Source: an uncultured Planctomycetaceae bacterium (GTDB taxonomy: Bacteria > Planctomycetota > Planctomycetia > Planctomycetales > Planctomycetaceae). Taken from it: DNA of 64,000 nt. Positions 35,901 to 45,354 of the stretch are shown in pieces. The stretch lies in contig CAWFGE010000010.1 of the NCBI GenBank assembly GCA_963815195.1, positions 32,001 through 96,000 of the forward strand. Reading direction: 5' to 3'. Numbering within the stretch: the stretch's first letter is position 1; each line of letters starts with the position of its first letter. Made by a program: the position numbers and the translations under genes. The notes below the pieces were generated by a model. It worked only from the letters and a program-made list of their open reading frames with translations, was not told the DNA's origin and ran no database searches.

Positions 35901-36483
35901 TTTGCACACCGCGCGAAAAGACGACCAAGGCCGTTGGCAGTTGGTGCCGGAGCGGTTTTTGTTCCGCACGCTCTCCAAGCGGAGCATGGATTGGCACGTG
36001 ATCTTTGTGGTGGACGTGTCGGGGTCGATGGAGCCGTCCGTGATCTATAGCGCAATGATGGCCGCGATTTTTTCCGGGCTGCCGGCGATCAGCGTGCAGT
36101 TTTTGGCGTTCAGCACGGAGGTCATCGACTTCACGGAGCGCGTGGACGATCCGCTGGCGATGCTGATGGAAGTCGAAGTCGGCGGCGGCACTCACATCGC
36201 CAAGGGCCTGCGGGCGGCCCGCGAACGGCTGCGGATTCCCAAGCGGTCGATTGTGCTGTTGGTGACGGACTTTGAAGAAGGCTGGCCGGTGAGCGGCCTT
36301 TTGGCGGAGGTGCGATCTCTTGTCGATTCCGGGGTGAAGGCTTTGGGACTCGCGGCCCTCAACGACGACGGCAAACCGCGATACAACAAAGGCATCGCGG
36401 GGCAAGTCGTCCACTCCGGCATGCCCGTTGCCGCCCTGAGTCCCACCGAACTCGCCCGCTGGGTCGGCGAGCAAATTCGCTAA
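32970..36483 (+). CDS. DUF5682 (YehM-like) fused to VWA/CoxE-like (YehP-like) domain; about three frameshifts at 33870-34230
   Basis: IGVRHHS, FYPFADFSPELAA, REAHM, GAYH, SGYPAG; C-terminal RWRLIL, VDVSGSM (MIDAS), GGGTHI, TDFEEG. Confidence 0.8.
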
Positions 36484-36491
36484 GTTGGATT

Positions 36492-36609
36492 CTTGTGAGC
36501 GGTACGGCGCTAGCCGCCGGCCTTCTGTGCAAAACCGCCGGCCTTGTGAGCGGTACGGCGCTAGCCGCCGGCCTTCTGTGCAAAACCGGCGGATGTCGCC
36601 AGCCGCTCA
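36492..36609. repeat. REP-like cluster, family C (gtgagcggtacggcgctagccgccgg): tandem duplication at 51-bp period plus degenerate inverted copy
   Basis: Copies start at 36492 and 36543; inverted copy 36586-36609; between convergent genes. Confidence 0.9.
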
Positions 36610-36613
36610 TACC

Positions 36614-37069
36614 TTACTGTCCCACCCGCGATGTCCCCGACTGAGCGTTTGCCGCGGTCTTTTCCAGCTCTTTTTTCAAGGTGTTTCGTTCCTGGGTGAC
36701 TTCCTGCAGGCGGGTGTGCAGTTCCAGAAGGGCGTTTCGCAGTGTCGGTTGGGCGAGATCGCCCGCCAGCCGGCGGATGTCGCTGCGGGCTTTGCCGACG
36801 ACCGTGTTATTTTCGAAAGAATCCAGATCGCCCACCTCGGTGAATTGATAGCCGGAGAGTTTTTTGAGCGTATCCACATCCCCGCGGAGGTGGAGGATCT
36901 CACTTTTGAAGCGGTCCGTTTGGGATTTGGTTTGGGCGACTTCATTTTGCAGGTTTCCGACGTCCCGGTACAAAATGTAGGCCCCCACCAGGCCGATCAG
37001 CGTGGTCATCACCAGGACCACGCAAACCAGTTGCAGAAACTGCGTTTGGGAGTCGGTCTGGTTCCTCAT
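36614..37069 (-). CDS. Hypothetical membrane-anchored coiled-coil protein
   Basis: 151 aa; N-terminal TM helix then heptad-rich helices. Confidence 0.7.
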   Translation of the reverse strand: MRNQTDSQTQFLQLVCVVLVMTTLIGLVGAYILYRDVGNLQNEVAQTKSQTDRFKSEILHLRGDVDTLKKLSGYQFTEVGDLDSFENNTVVGKARSDIRRLAGDLAQPTLRNALLELHTRLQEVTQERNTLKKELEKTAANAQSGTSRVGQ

Positions 37070-37222
37070 GGCTGCGCCCTCAAGGTTGTGGGAGAATGAT
37101 TCTCTTTGGATCTTACCTCATACGCGGTTCTCTTCCAATTTCCAACGTCTCCAGCGAGGCTCCCACACACCTCTATGAGGCACAGGACTTGATCTGTTGA
37201 TTCCATCGCGAACTCGCGCCGG

Positions 37223-38822
37223 TTAGTAAATCGCGAAGAACAGGCCCGTGATGATGCCGGCGTCCACGAGGGCTCCGCGGGTGCTTCACGGCAGGCAATG
37301 CAACTGGAACGGCGCGGGATTGCCGGGCCGCTGATAGCCGAGCGTATAAATGCATTCGCACGGCGGCTTGGCGACTAACATGTAAGGCAAGAGCGGAACC
37401 CGTCCGAAGAACGCCCCCGCGGAAGCGAACGGTTGCAGACAGGGCCCGAAATTATTGCCGTAGCGCTCCAGGTTGATTTCCTGAAAGTACAGCGGCTGAT
37501 GGCAGAAATTGGTCGCGGCATATTGCACGGTTTGCACTGGCCAGGGCCGGCTTGCGCCGTTCGGTTGGGCTTGGACGCCTTGCGTTTTCAGCCACACCGC
37601 GCCGTAGTTGGTCGGAAGCGCGAGCAGGTTGCCTTCCTCGTCCCGCCGCTTGGGGGCGATCGTCACATTCACCGCCCCAATCGGCTTGTAGTCCTCGCCT
37701 AAGCCCAAACGGCTTTCCCGGACCGGAGTCGCCGGGACCGCGGTCTCGGATTCCGGCATGAGCGGGACCTGGTCGGCGGGTTCGTTCGGGAGCGGTTCGA
37801 CATCTTGTGGTTGGAGCAATACGACCTCTGTGACACCGTCGCGTTCGGAATTCCGATCGGTCGAAGAAATCGCCACGATTCCCGCGGGTTCCGGGGCCGT
37901 TTGAGTGGACCCGAGATCAAAAGCCCCTTCGGGTTCGTAAGCCGCCGGCGGCTTCGCAGGCTCCGCGGCCGCCCGCGCGAGCCTCGCTTCGCCGTTGTTC
38001 AAGGTTGGTCGCCGCGAGTTCCGCCGCCTGGCGAACCTGCGGGTGTTGATCGTGCATGGCGACCGCCAGCCCGCCAAGCACTCGCGCGGCATGCACAGGC
38101 GAGACCTCCCCCAACGAGTAAGCCGCTTGAAAACGCACGCCCGCCTCCGGGTCTTGAAGTCCTCCCAAAAGCACGTTGACGGCATCGGGGTCGGCCGGGT
38201 TGATGCGGGCGACGGCTTCGGCGATTTGCAGCTGCTCGACCGAGTTCGAGTTCGCAAGGGCTCGTTTGAGCGTGGGCAATGCGGACTTCGCCTCGGGGCC
38301 GATGTAGCCCAAGAAAAACGCCGCCAGCGGACGCAGCCCCGGCCGCGTGGAGTCCACGAGGTGTTCCAGCGTCTTCACCGCCGCCAGTCTCGATTGGGGA
38401 TCGATCTCCCAGAGCGTTTTCGCCGCGTAAGCTCGGACTTCCGGTTGCGGATCATCGAGGCATAGCGTCACGTCCACAATCGCGGACTCGGCTTCGCGGC
38501 CCTCCCAGGCGATACGGTCCAAGGCGTTTTTGCGAACTGCCGCGTCCGAACTCGACAAATCCCGCACCGCTCGATCCAATTCGCTCAGATCGGGTTTCGT
38601 GGGCTCGTGAAGCGGCGCGGATGCGTCGTTGGCGGGCGGGATGCTCGGATTCGCCGCCCAACCTGGCAACGCGGGAAACGCCGACAACAGCCCCGCCGCG
38701 AAGGCGCCCGTCCAGCCGGCCCGCATCAGCCGCCGCCTCCAAGGCGCAGGGGACCGCAATCCCGGCTCCAGAGGACGAGCTTGGATCGAACGCAGGCGAT
38801 GGGCAAAGGTCAAGAGTTTCAT
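37223..38822 (-). CDS. HEAT-repeat protein fused to a planctomycete-type C-terminal domain; frameshift ~37990 and in-frame TGA at 37286-37288
   Basis: HEAT repeats in 37917..38822; CHQPLYFQEINLERYG..CIYTLGY in the next frame; hydrophobic tail continues in frame past the TGA to TAA 37223. Confidence 0.65.
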
Positions 38823-39217
38823 GCCGTGCTTGTCCTTGTCACGGTGGAGAAATGGCGGTGGCCCCAGCGGGGGTTTTCAATTTCCGTCGTTCCCAATCTT
38901 TGCCGTGCAAACCAAGGCAACCGATGCGGACGGAGAAAAACTGAATTTCAGTTTCAATTTCGGCCAAGTGCGACCGGAATATTCATTGCGGCGGAATCGA
39001 TCCCAACATTCGGATTATTCGTTAAAGTTTAACAGCGAAGGTGAAAACAGACTCGTCCCCGCAAACATACGCCACGCCGGACGACTTGGCAAAAACCGCG
39101 GAACCCGGCTAAACTCCGGGATAAGCCGAAGGTGATAAAGTATGGCAGACCGACCGCACCGGCTGGAAAGACCGGCTCGAAACGTCACTTTTCTCAGAAT
39201 TCTCAAAGAGATCCCAC

Positions 39218-39490
39218 ATGGCGCGCTCGAAGGAAGACCATCAACGCCAAATCATCTCGCGGTATTATGAAAACCGCGATCAAATCGATTCCCAGCGGCT
39301 GAGCGAACTCGTCACCAACCTGTACCTCGCCGACTCCGCCAAGAAACGGGACAAGCATTGGACCGTCGCCCTGGATCTCATGCAGCGGCTCAAAGTGCCC
39401 GCGAGCCGCATCGAGCACGTGATGAAGCAACGCGACCCCGCGATCCTGGCGGAAGTCGTCAACGACCTGCAGTCGGGGAAAATCCCATAG
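39218..39490 (+). CDS. Small hypothetical protein
   Basis: 90-aa ORF with host-like codon usage (HQRQIISRYYENRD, ELVTNLYLA). Confidence 0.75.
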   Translation: MARSKEDHQRQIISRYYENRDQIDSQRLSELVTNLYLADSAKKRDKHWTVALDLMQRLKVPASRIEHVMKQRDPAILAEVVNDLQSGKIP

Positions 39491-39697
39491 TGCGTCGTTA
39501 CCGCTGAATCTTCGGTTTAAGTCTCGGTGCCGCCTCAGCGATTCCAAGCGGGGCAGAAGTTCGAGGACGCAGGATTGCGAGTGAAATGGTGGCCGTCCCT
39601 TACCATCCTCCATCGGCTGAATCGGGCTTAAGACGTTACCCGGTCGCGAGGCTGGACTTAGCCCGGGTGAGCGGCCGGCGCCTCCGGCATGGGCTCG

Positions 39698-39746
39698 TGC
39701 ATAAACTTGCAGTTGGACTGCAGCGCGTTGCATGAGGCGGACTGCA
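39698..39746. promoter_or_regulatory. Phased TGCA boxes, candidate enhancer for a sigma54 activator
   Basis: TGCA at 39698, 39708, 39719, 39729 and 39743 (spacing 10, 11, 10, 14), 110-155 bp upstream of the -24/-12 motif. Confidence 0.5.
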
Positions 39747-39853
39747 ACCTGGCGGGTTTTGCGTGGTTTCGCGGGATTTTTTCTGTGAAGTTCCACGAGA
39801 AACGCCCTAGCCTTACGCAAAAAGGCGGGAGTTTCCCGATTCTTTCGGTCGTG

Positions 39854-39869
39854 TGGTATGCAGGTTGCA
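39854..39869 (+). promoter_or_regulatory. Candidate sigma54 (-24/-12) promoter
   Basis: TGGTATGCAGGTTGCA: GG-N10-GC spacing with TTGCA. Confidence 0.6.
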
Positions 39870-40391
39870 ATGAACCTGGTCCATGCGAGAACACGTCGCC
39901 AAAACGGGTAACTATGAATCTCTCTTGATCGGCAATGAGGCTGACGCTCCCCTACGCACCAACCATGCGCAAAGGACTGTCGCAACTTTGGTCACTTCCC
40001 TTGTTCACCAACAGGCTCTTTCTCGCATCATGCCACGGGAGTGCCGCTCCAGGCCTTCGGCGGAGGGCCGCTCCCGCGGCATTGTGATATTTTGGAGGAC
40101 TCTCGTGGGCAGATTGCCCCCTGGGAGTCCCGTCCTGATTGGATAAAAGTACGACTTCGTTCCCGGCCTTCGCCATTCGACGACGAACGGCGGAAGTCGG
40201 TCGAGGTCACAGGTTAGAAAGAGGAATTGGAATTTGATGGAAAACCGAGACGGCACTCCCACCCCATGGCCGTCGCCCCGGTGGTCGCCTGTTCGGAGGC
40301 GCAATTCCATTTTACAATGGCATGAAGGGTCCCCGGTGCGTGTTGTGTTTCAGGGGAGTGATCGGTTCCATTTTCCTCCGTGAGAATTTCC

Positions 40392-40708
40392 ATGAAAGCC
40401 TCAACAAAACTGACCAAAGCCATTGTCGTCACCGAGACGCAATTCGAAAGGAGCTGCTCGAACATTTCAGCAAGCTGGGCATCACGGGATTTACGTGTAT
40501 GAACTGTTGGGGGCAGGGTCATCATGCGGTTTATCAAGAGCCGTTTATGGGCCATTCGCAGTTGCGAATCGAGGTGATCACCAATGAAGAAATCGCCGAT
40601 GCCATTGTGGAATATTGCAGTCAGCCGCGGTTCGACACCCACGCGGTGATCGTTTATCTGGAAACGGTGAACGTGGCCAATCCCAACAAGTTTTTGCCGC
40701 GAACATAA
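40392..40708 (+). CDS. P-II superfamily protein (SbtB-like); one-base deletion near 40447
   Basis: MKASTKLTKAIVVTETQFE + KELLEHFSKLGITGFTCMNCWGQG..LRIEVITNEEIADAI..VIVY resembles the SbtB pattern IVTE..GAKGYT..GGKG..KFEILT. Confidence 0.7.
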
Positions 40709-40720
40709 AGCCGAGAGCGC

Positions 40721-40752
40721 AAAAAAAGCTGCACGAGAGGTCTCGTGCAGCT
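40721..40752 (-). terminator. Intrinsic terminator
   Basis: agctgcacgaga / tctcgtgcagct stem followed by a U-run on the minus strand (A7 on plus). Confidence 0.85.
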
Positions 40753-40920
40753 CTGTGTCCGCCTGAGTGGGTGGTCCAGGTTTCGCCTCAATCGGAACCA
40801 AAGGAATCTGCCAGTTGGAGTAATCCCGCCTCCGTTTGCTTGCTCGCCAAGCAAATGGCCTGTGAGGCCGGCTGGCTATTCTGGGTTCCGGTTTCTGATC
40901 CTGGACCACCCGACGGCGGT
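40721..40920 (-). ncRNA. Candidate structured ncRNA (~200 nt, family unknown)
   Basis: Nested stems gggtggtccagg/cctggaccaccc (40769-40780/40900-40911), ggaacc/ggttcc and gccag/ctggc; apical hairpins; -35/-10-like hexamers upstream and terminator downstream. Confidence 0.55.
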
Positions 40921-41066
40921 TGCATTGTTTTACGGGACTCACCGCGATTTTGAAAGGCGACGCTCGCGTGCGACGCCTCGGCCCGTTCCGTGCGATGAAT
41001 CACTTCACAACTGATTTCGTTGTTGTGAAAGCCACAAGCAACACGATTCGCACGCGGTTTGAGGGG

Positions 41067-44000
41067 TTACTTCGTGCGTTCGGAGATGCCCTTTTGGTAG
41101 GCGTCGTAGAGGTCGCGGAGTTCGGGGGGCGGCGCGAAGTCTTTTGCGTCGAACAGGTCGCGCGGGCCGCGGTTGCGGACGCCCGAACCGTCGCGGCGGC
41201 TGGTTTTTGTTGTGGGGTTGTTCAATCGCTTGAGCCATTCGTTGAACTGCCGCTGCCGGGCGAGAGCTTCCGCAGTGTCTTGATCGCGCTGGTTGAGGCG
41301 GTCTTTCATGCGGTCGAGGAACTGGGACGCGTCCGCTTTGTCCCAGCCCATCTCCTTGAGCCATTCTTCATCGACTTCGCCGCGGCGGAGTTGATCCTCG
41401 AGGCGTTTGAGCGTCAGATCGGCGGCTTTTCGGCCGAATTCCAGGTTGGCTTTCTCGGCAGCTTCGGCCGACTGGGGCGTCGGTTGGGATTGAGTTGAGG
41501 GCCGATTTGGTCCGAAGTCCCCCGCCGTGCCTGCTTCGCCGTTGCGTTGTCCGGGCGTTTGGCTGCCCGCGGGCTCCCCGGCGGGCGCTTGTTGTTCCGC
41601 TTTCGAGCCTTGCGGATTGGGTTGGCTCGCGTTGGGCTTGTCTTGCTTTTGGGGGTTGTCTTGATCTTGCGGGCCGCCTTGACGCGGCGGGGCGTTTTCG
41701 GTTTTCTCGGTCGGCCGGGTGCGGGAGCCTTTGCCGGCTTCGCTGCTCGGTTTTCCGCCGTTGGGTTGTTCCGCCGGTTCGGTTTCGCCCGGGCACTTCG
41801 TGCGGTCGCCGGGGCCTTTTTCGTTGCCGCCGGGCGTGCCCTGCTGGTTTTGCTTCTCCATGCCGCCTTCGCCGTCGCCGCCCGCTTCGGGTTTTTGGGC
41901 GGGCTCTTGTTCGGGCGGGCGCGGGGCTTTCACTTCCTCATTGCTCCCGTCCGGCCGGCGGTCCTGGCGTGCTGGTTTCTGGTCGGGATCAGCTTTGGAC
42001 GGGCGGGCCGTTTTCTGGTCCGGGTTCGTTCCAGGCTTGGTCGTTTTGTCGGCCGGGTCGGCGGGGTTCGGTTTTTTATCGCCGGTTTCCGGGTTTTTGG
42101 ATTCCCGCGGATCGCTGGGTTTCGCGGCGTTTTTCTCTTCGGGCGTCAAGTCGTCGGGATCGCCTTCGCGTTTTTTGGTGGTGGTGGGGTTTTCCGGATC
42201 TTTGCGGTCGATGGGGTTCTTCGCCCGCGTCGGGTCGGCGTTGGGATCGTTCTCGGCCGTGCCGGGACCGGTTTCTTCGCCGTTGGCCTTGCGTTTTTCC
42301 GCGCCAGGATCCGGCTCGGCGGGCGATTCGTTGCCTTTGATCGGATTTTCGGACTGCCGGCCCTGGCCGCCGTCGCGGGGATTGGTGTCCTCGCCGCCTT
42401 TGCTTTCGCCGGGCTTGGACGCAGAGGGTTTGGAACTATTCGCCGGTTTGCCTTGGCCGGTGTTGTTGTCGGAACCGCCTTCGGCGTCCTGGCCGGCAGG
42501 ATTTTTCTCATTGGACCCCTTCGACTCTTGCTCGCCCGGTTTCTTTTGGTTTTCCGGTGTTTGGGAACCGTCGGGCGTTTTGCGCTGGTTGGGATTGGAT
42601 TCCGTTTTCTCCGTTTTTTCGCCCGGCGTGTTGTTGTCGGGGGGATTGTTCGCTTCTTCGGTTTTCTCGGAACCGGCGGGCATCGGTTTCTCGTTGGGAT
42701 CGGCTTCCTTTTTCATTCCCTCTTCGTCGGGATCGCCGGGATTTTCTTTGGGTTCGGCGTTTTGTGTTTTGCCCGGCTGTTTGTTTTTCTCGCTCGTCTG
42801 GCCGGGGTTTTCGGGGGATTGGGGATTGGTCTCTTCCGGTTTTTTCGGTTGGCCCTGTTGGTTTTCTTGCGATGGATCGCCTGGGTTTTGATTGGGCTCG
42901 GAGCCCGATGGTTTTTGACGGCCGGCGTCGTTCGCGGGATCGTTCTTTTGTTCGCCGGTCTTGGGATCGGCCGGGCGGGCTTTGCTGTTGTTGTTGGAGT
43001 TCTTGCCGGCGGGTTCGGATTTGTTGTGGTCGTAATGTTGATGCAGGCTTTCGAGGGCCTTGCCGTCCTGGGTGCCGTCGTTCTTGACGCGTTGGCCTTC
43101 GCCGGTTTGTGACGATTCGCCTTCGTCGTCGGTCTTGTCCGACGCTTTGCCTTCGCCTTCCCCGCGATTGCCGGAGTTGCCGCCGCCGTCTTGTTGGGGT
43201 TGCTCTTCTTGCATCGGTTGCTGTTGAGGATTCTGGTTTTCCTGTTCGCCGACCTGCTCCTCGGGGCGCGGCGGGTTTTTCTGGGGGAAGTCGTCGGCGT
43301 TTTTCTTGGAAGGATCGTTGTTCTCGGGATCGGGTTCCTGCAGTCGGCGGTCTTGTTCGAGTTGCTCCTGGATTGCCTTTTCGGGCTGCTGGGGTTCGAT
43401 GCGGATCGTGTGTTTGTCGCTATTTCGCCGGCCGGGTTCGGGGGCGCGGTTGTCGTGGGCTTCCACCCAGTAGGTGATCATGTCGCCGGTTTTCAGTTCC
43501 CAGCCCTCGTTCAGCCGCCAGTCATAATCGACGCTGAGCGAAGCATCCGCCCCCTCGTAGAGGATTTCGTGCTCGACCGGCGGATTGTCGTTGAGTTGCT
43601 TCCAGAGAATGAGCTTCTGGACTTTAAAGTCGTCGCGGGCGGCGGCGGTCAACGGAAGGATCGCATTCGCGGGCCGCTTGAGTTCCCGCTCGCCCGGATT
43701 GACGATGAGCACCTCCGGCCGTTGGTCGGGATGGATGCGGATGGGCCAGCGGGTCGGGTTGGGATCGCTGTCGCCGCGTTTGTTCTTGCATTCGATCGTG
43801 TAATAATGCGGATAAAGGCCGTCGTCGGGCGGGATATTGAGCTGCCAGGTCGCGCGGAAGCGGGTTCGCTCGGTGTTTAAGGGCGACATGGGCAGAGCCT
43901 CGGCCCGGAAGTCGGTGCCCTGGTCGTCGTGGAACGTGATCGTCGCCGACTTGAGCGGCATGTTGCCGTCGGCGATGAAGGTCACGGACACGCCTTCGTA

Positions 44001-44999
44001 GTCGTCGATGTTGCCACTGGTGCGGGTCTTCGCCTCGCGGTCCATGTAGGCGGGATAGGTGTATTGAAGCTCGACGATCTCCGCGGACGGCGGCTGAAAG
44101 ACGGTGACGGCGTACTTCGCCGAGCGGTCGTCGCCGGCGGTGATGTCGTAATTCAAATCCTGCTGAATGCCCTCGCCGTTGGCTCCGATGATCTCCGCGC
44201 GATACCGCCGGGGCATGTCGGGGAGTTCCCGCATCTCGATGGGCTCATCGACGAATTCGCGGTCGGCGGTGCTGTAGCGGAGGACGACTTTTTCGGGGAC
44301 TTCGCCGCTGATGTCGGCGAGAACTTCGAGGCGGGTGCCGGGGATGACCTGGACGTCGCCGGGACTGATTTTCCCGATGACCGTTTGCGTCGGGGCCTGG
44401 GCGGCGGACGTGGGAAACAGGGCCCGCCAGATCGAGGTCGAAACCTTCTTCGGCGTGAACAGCGTGTAAAGGGAAAACACGACCACCAGGACCAGCACCG
44501 CGTAACAGGCGCGCAGAAGCGGCCGGCGGTCCACGGCTTCGTCGACGTTCGCGTGCGACATCGAAATCGCGGCCCGTTTTTCCATCGCCGAAAGAATCGC
44601 CGGCGAGACGTTCCGCCCGGCGGCGCGGGCATCGATCAGGTTCAAGAGCGTGCTGCGGAGTTCCGGCTGGGATGTTTCAATGACCTTCGCCGCGAACAGG
44701 CCGTTGACCTGCCGGAGGTACGGCCACACGACTTTCCACGCGAACCAGCCGGCACTCAACAGACCGACGACCGAGAGCAGCACGACGCGCGCGGTTTGGC
44801 TGAACCCGTCGGTCACGAGCCAATGGTCGGACACCACGAACAACAGCAGGTACGCGAGCACGAACGCCGCAATGCACGCGAACGCGGTGAGAATGTCCGT
44901 GGATTTGATGTTCCCGCGGGTTTTCTGGAGCTGATAATCGATGTATTCGTCGAAATCGACATACTGCTGAGAATCATGCGTCTGAACGGTGCTGGCCAT
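41067..44999 (-). CDS. Large membrane protein: N-terminal TM helices, Ig-like domains (DUF4175-like), long low-complexity Q/N/P/E/G tail
   Basis: Start MASTVQ with GAGGAG upstream; PDQRPEV and AARDDF motifs; ~600-aa hydrophilic low-complexity segment. Confidence 0.75.
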   Translation of the reverse strand: MASTVQTHDSQQYVDFDEYIDYQLQKTRGNIKSTDILTAFACIAAFVLAYLLLFVVSDHWLVTDGFSQTARVVLLSVVGLLSAGWFAWKVVWPYLRQVNGLFAAKVIETSQPELRSTLLNLIDARAAGRNVSPAILSAMEKRAAISMSHANVDEAVDRRPLLRACYAVLVLVVVFSLYTLFTPKKVSTSIWRALFPTSAAQAPTQTVIGKISPGDVQVIPGTRLEVLADISGEVPEKVVLRYSTADREFVDEPIEMRELPDMPRRYRAEIIGANGEGIQQDLNYDITAGDDRSAKYAVTVFQPPSAEIVELQYTYPAYMDREAKTRTSGNIDDYEGVSVTFIADGNMPLKSATITFHDDQGTDFRAEALPMSPLNTERTRFRATWQLNIPPDDGLYPHYYTIECKNKRGDSDPNPTRWPIRIHPDQRPEVLIVNPGERELKRPANAILPLTAAARDDFKVQKLILWKQLNDNPPVEHEILYEGADASLSVDYDWRLNEGWELKTGDMITYWVEAHDNRAPEPGRRNSDKHTIRIEPQQPEKAIQEQLEQDRRLQEPDPENNDPSKKNADDFPQKNPPRPEEQVGEQENQNPQQQPMQEEQPQQDGGGNSGNRGEGEGKASDKTDDEGESSQTGEGQRVKNDGTQDGKALESLHQHYDHNKSEPAGKNSNNNSKARPADPKTGEQKNDPANDAGRQKPSGSEPNQNPGDPSQENQQGQPKKPEETNPQSPENPGQTSEKNKQPGKTQNAEPKENPGDPDEEGMKKEADPNEKPMPAGSEKTEEANNPPDNNTPGEKTEKTESNPNQRKTPDGSQTPENQKKPGEQESKGSNEKNPAGQDAEGGSDNNTGQGKPANSSKPSASKPGESKGGEDTNPRDGGQGRQSENPIKGNESPAEPDPGAEKRKANGEETGPGTAENDPNADPTRAKNPIDRKDPENPTTTKKREGDPDDLTPEEKNAAKPSDPRESKNPETGDKKPNPADPADKTTKPGTNPDQKTARPSKADPDQKPARQDRRPDGSNEEVKAPRPPEQEPAQKPEAGGDGEGGMEKQNQQGTPGGNEKGPGDRTKCPGETEPAEQPNGGKPSSEAGKGSRTRPTEKTENAPPRQGGPQDQDNPQKQDKPNASQPNPQGSKAEQQAPAGEPAGSQTPGQRNGEAGTAGDFGPNRPSTQSQPTPQSAEAAEKANLEFGRKAADLTLKRLEDQLRRGEVDEEWLKEMGWDKADASQFLDRMKDRLNQRDQDTAEALARQRQFNEWLKRLNNPTTKTSRRDGSGVRNRGPRDLFDAKDFAPPPELRDLYDAYQKGISERTK

Positions 45000-45354
45000 G
45001 TCGCGAAGACTCCTCTTGTCCAATCGACGGCGCCTGGGCCCATGAAGAACACAACGGCCCACTCTGCGCATTATAGAGCATTCGACGCGCGAAAACCCAG
45101 GTTTGTTCCGGCGGAAATGAAAATCCAAGATTTCCCGCCGGCGGCGGTGTGGGAGTTTCCACCAGGCGGCAAATTGGGGAGCTTTGCTTTGCACGCCGCC
45201 GAACGTGCCGGCGCGGATTATCGGCGGCCAACCCCGGCGGTGGGTTCAAACCTCCGGAGCGGCTCGTCGCCAACTCGGAAAATTGGTCCCTCGAGAGATT
45301 TTTTTGCGGAATTCTGTAGGGATTCCCGCTGCGTCGTCATCTAATGAGTTCAGG

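Noticed and set aside
37286..37288. Selenocysteine codon
   Set aside because: The position is not a recognisable redox Cys site and no bacterial SECIS-like hairpin was identified by eye
41400..43350. Tandem repeat or collagen-like domain in the large membrane protein
   Set aside because: Low-complexity Q/N/P/E/G composition without regular periodicity
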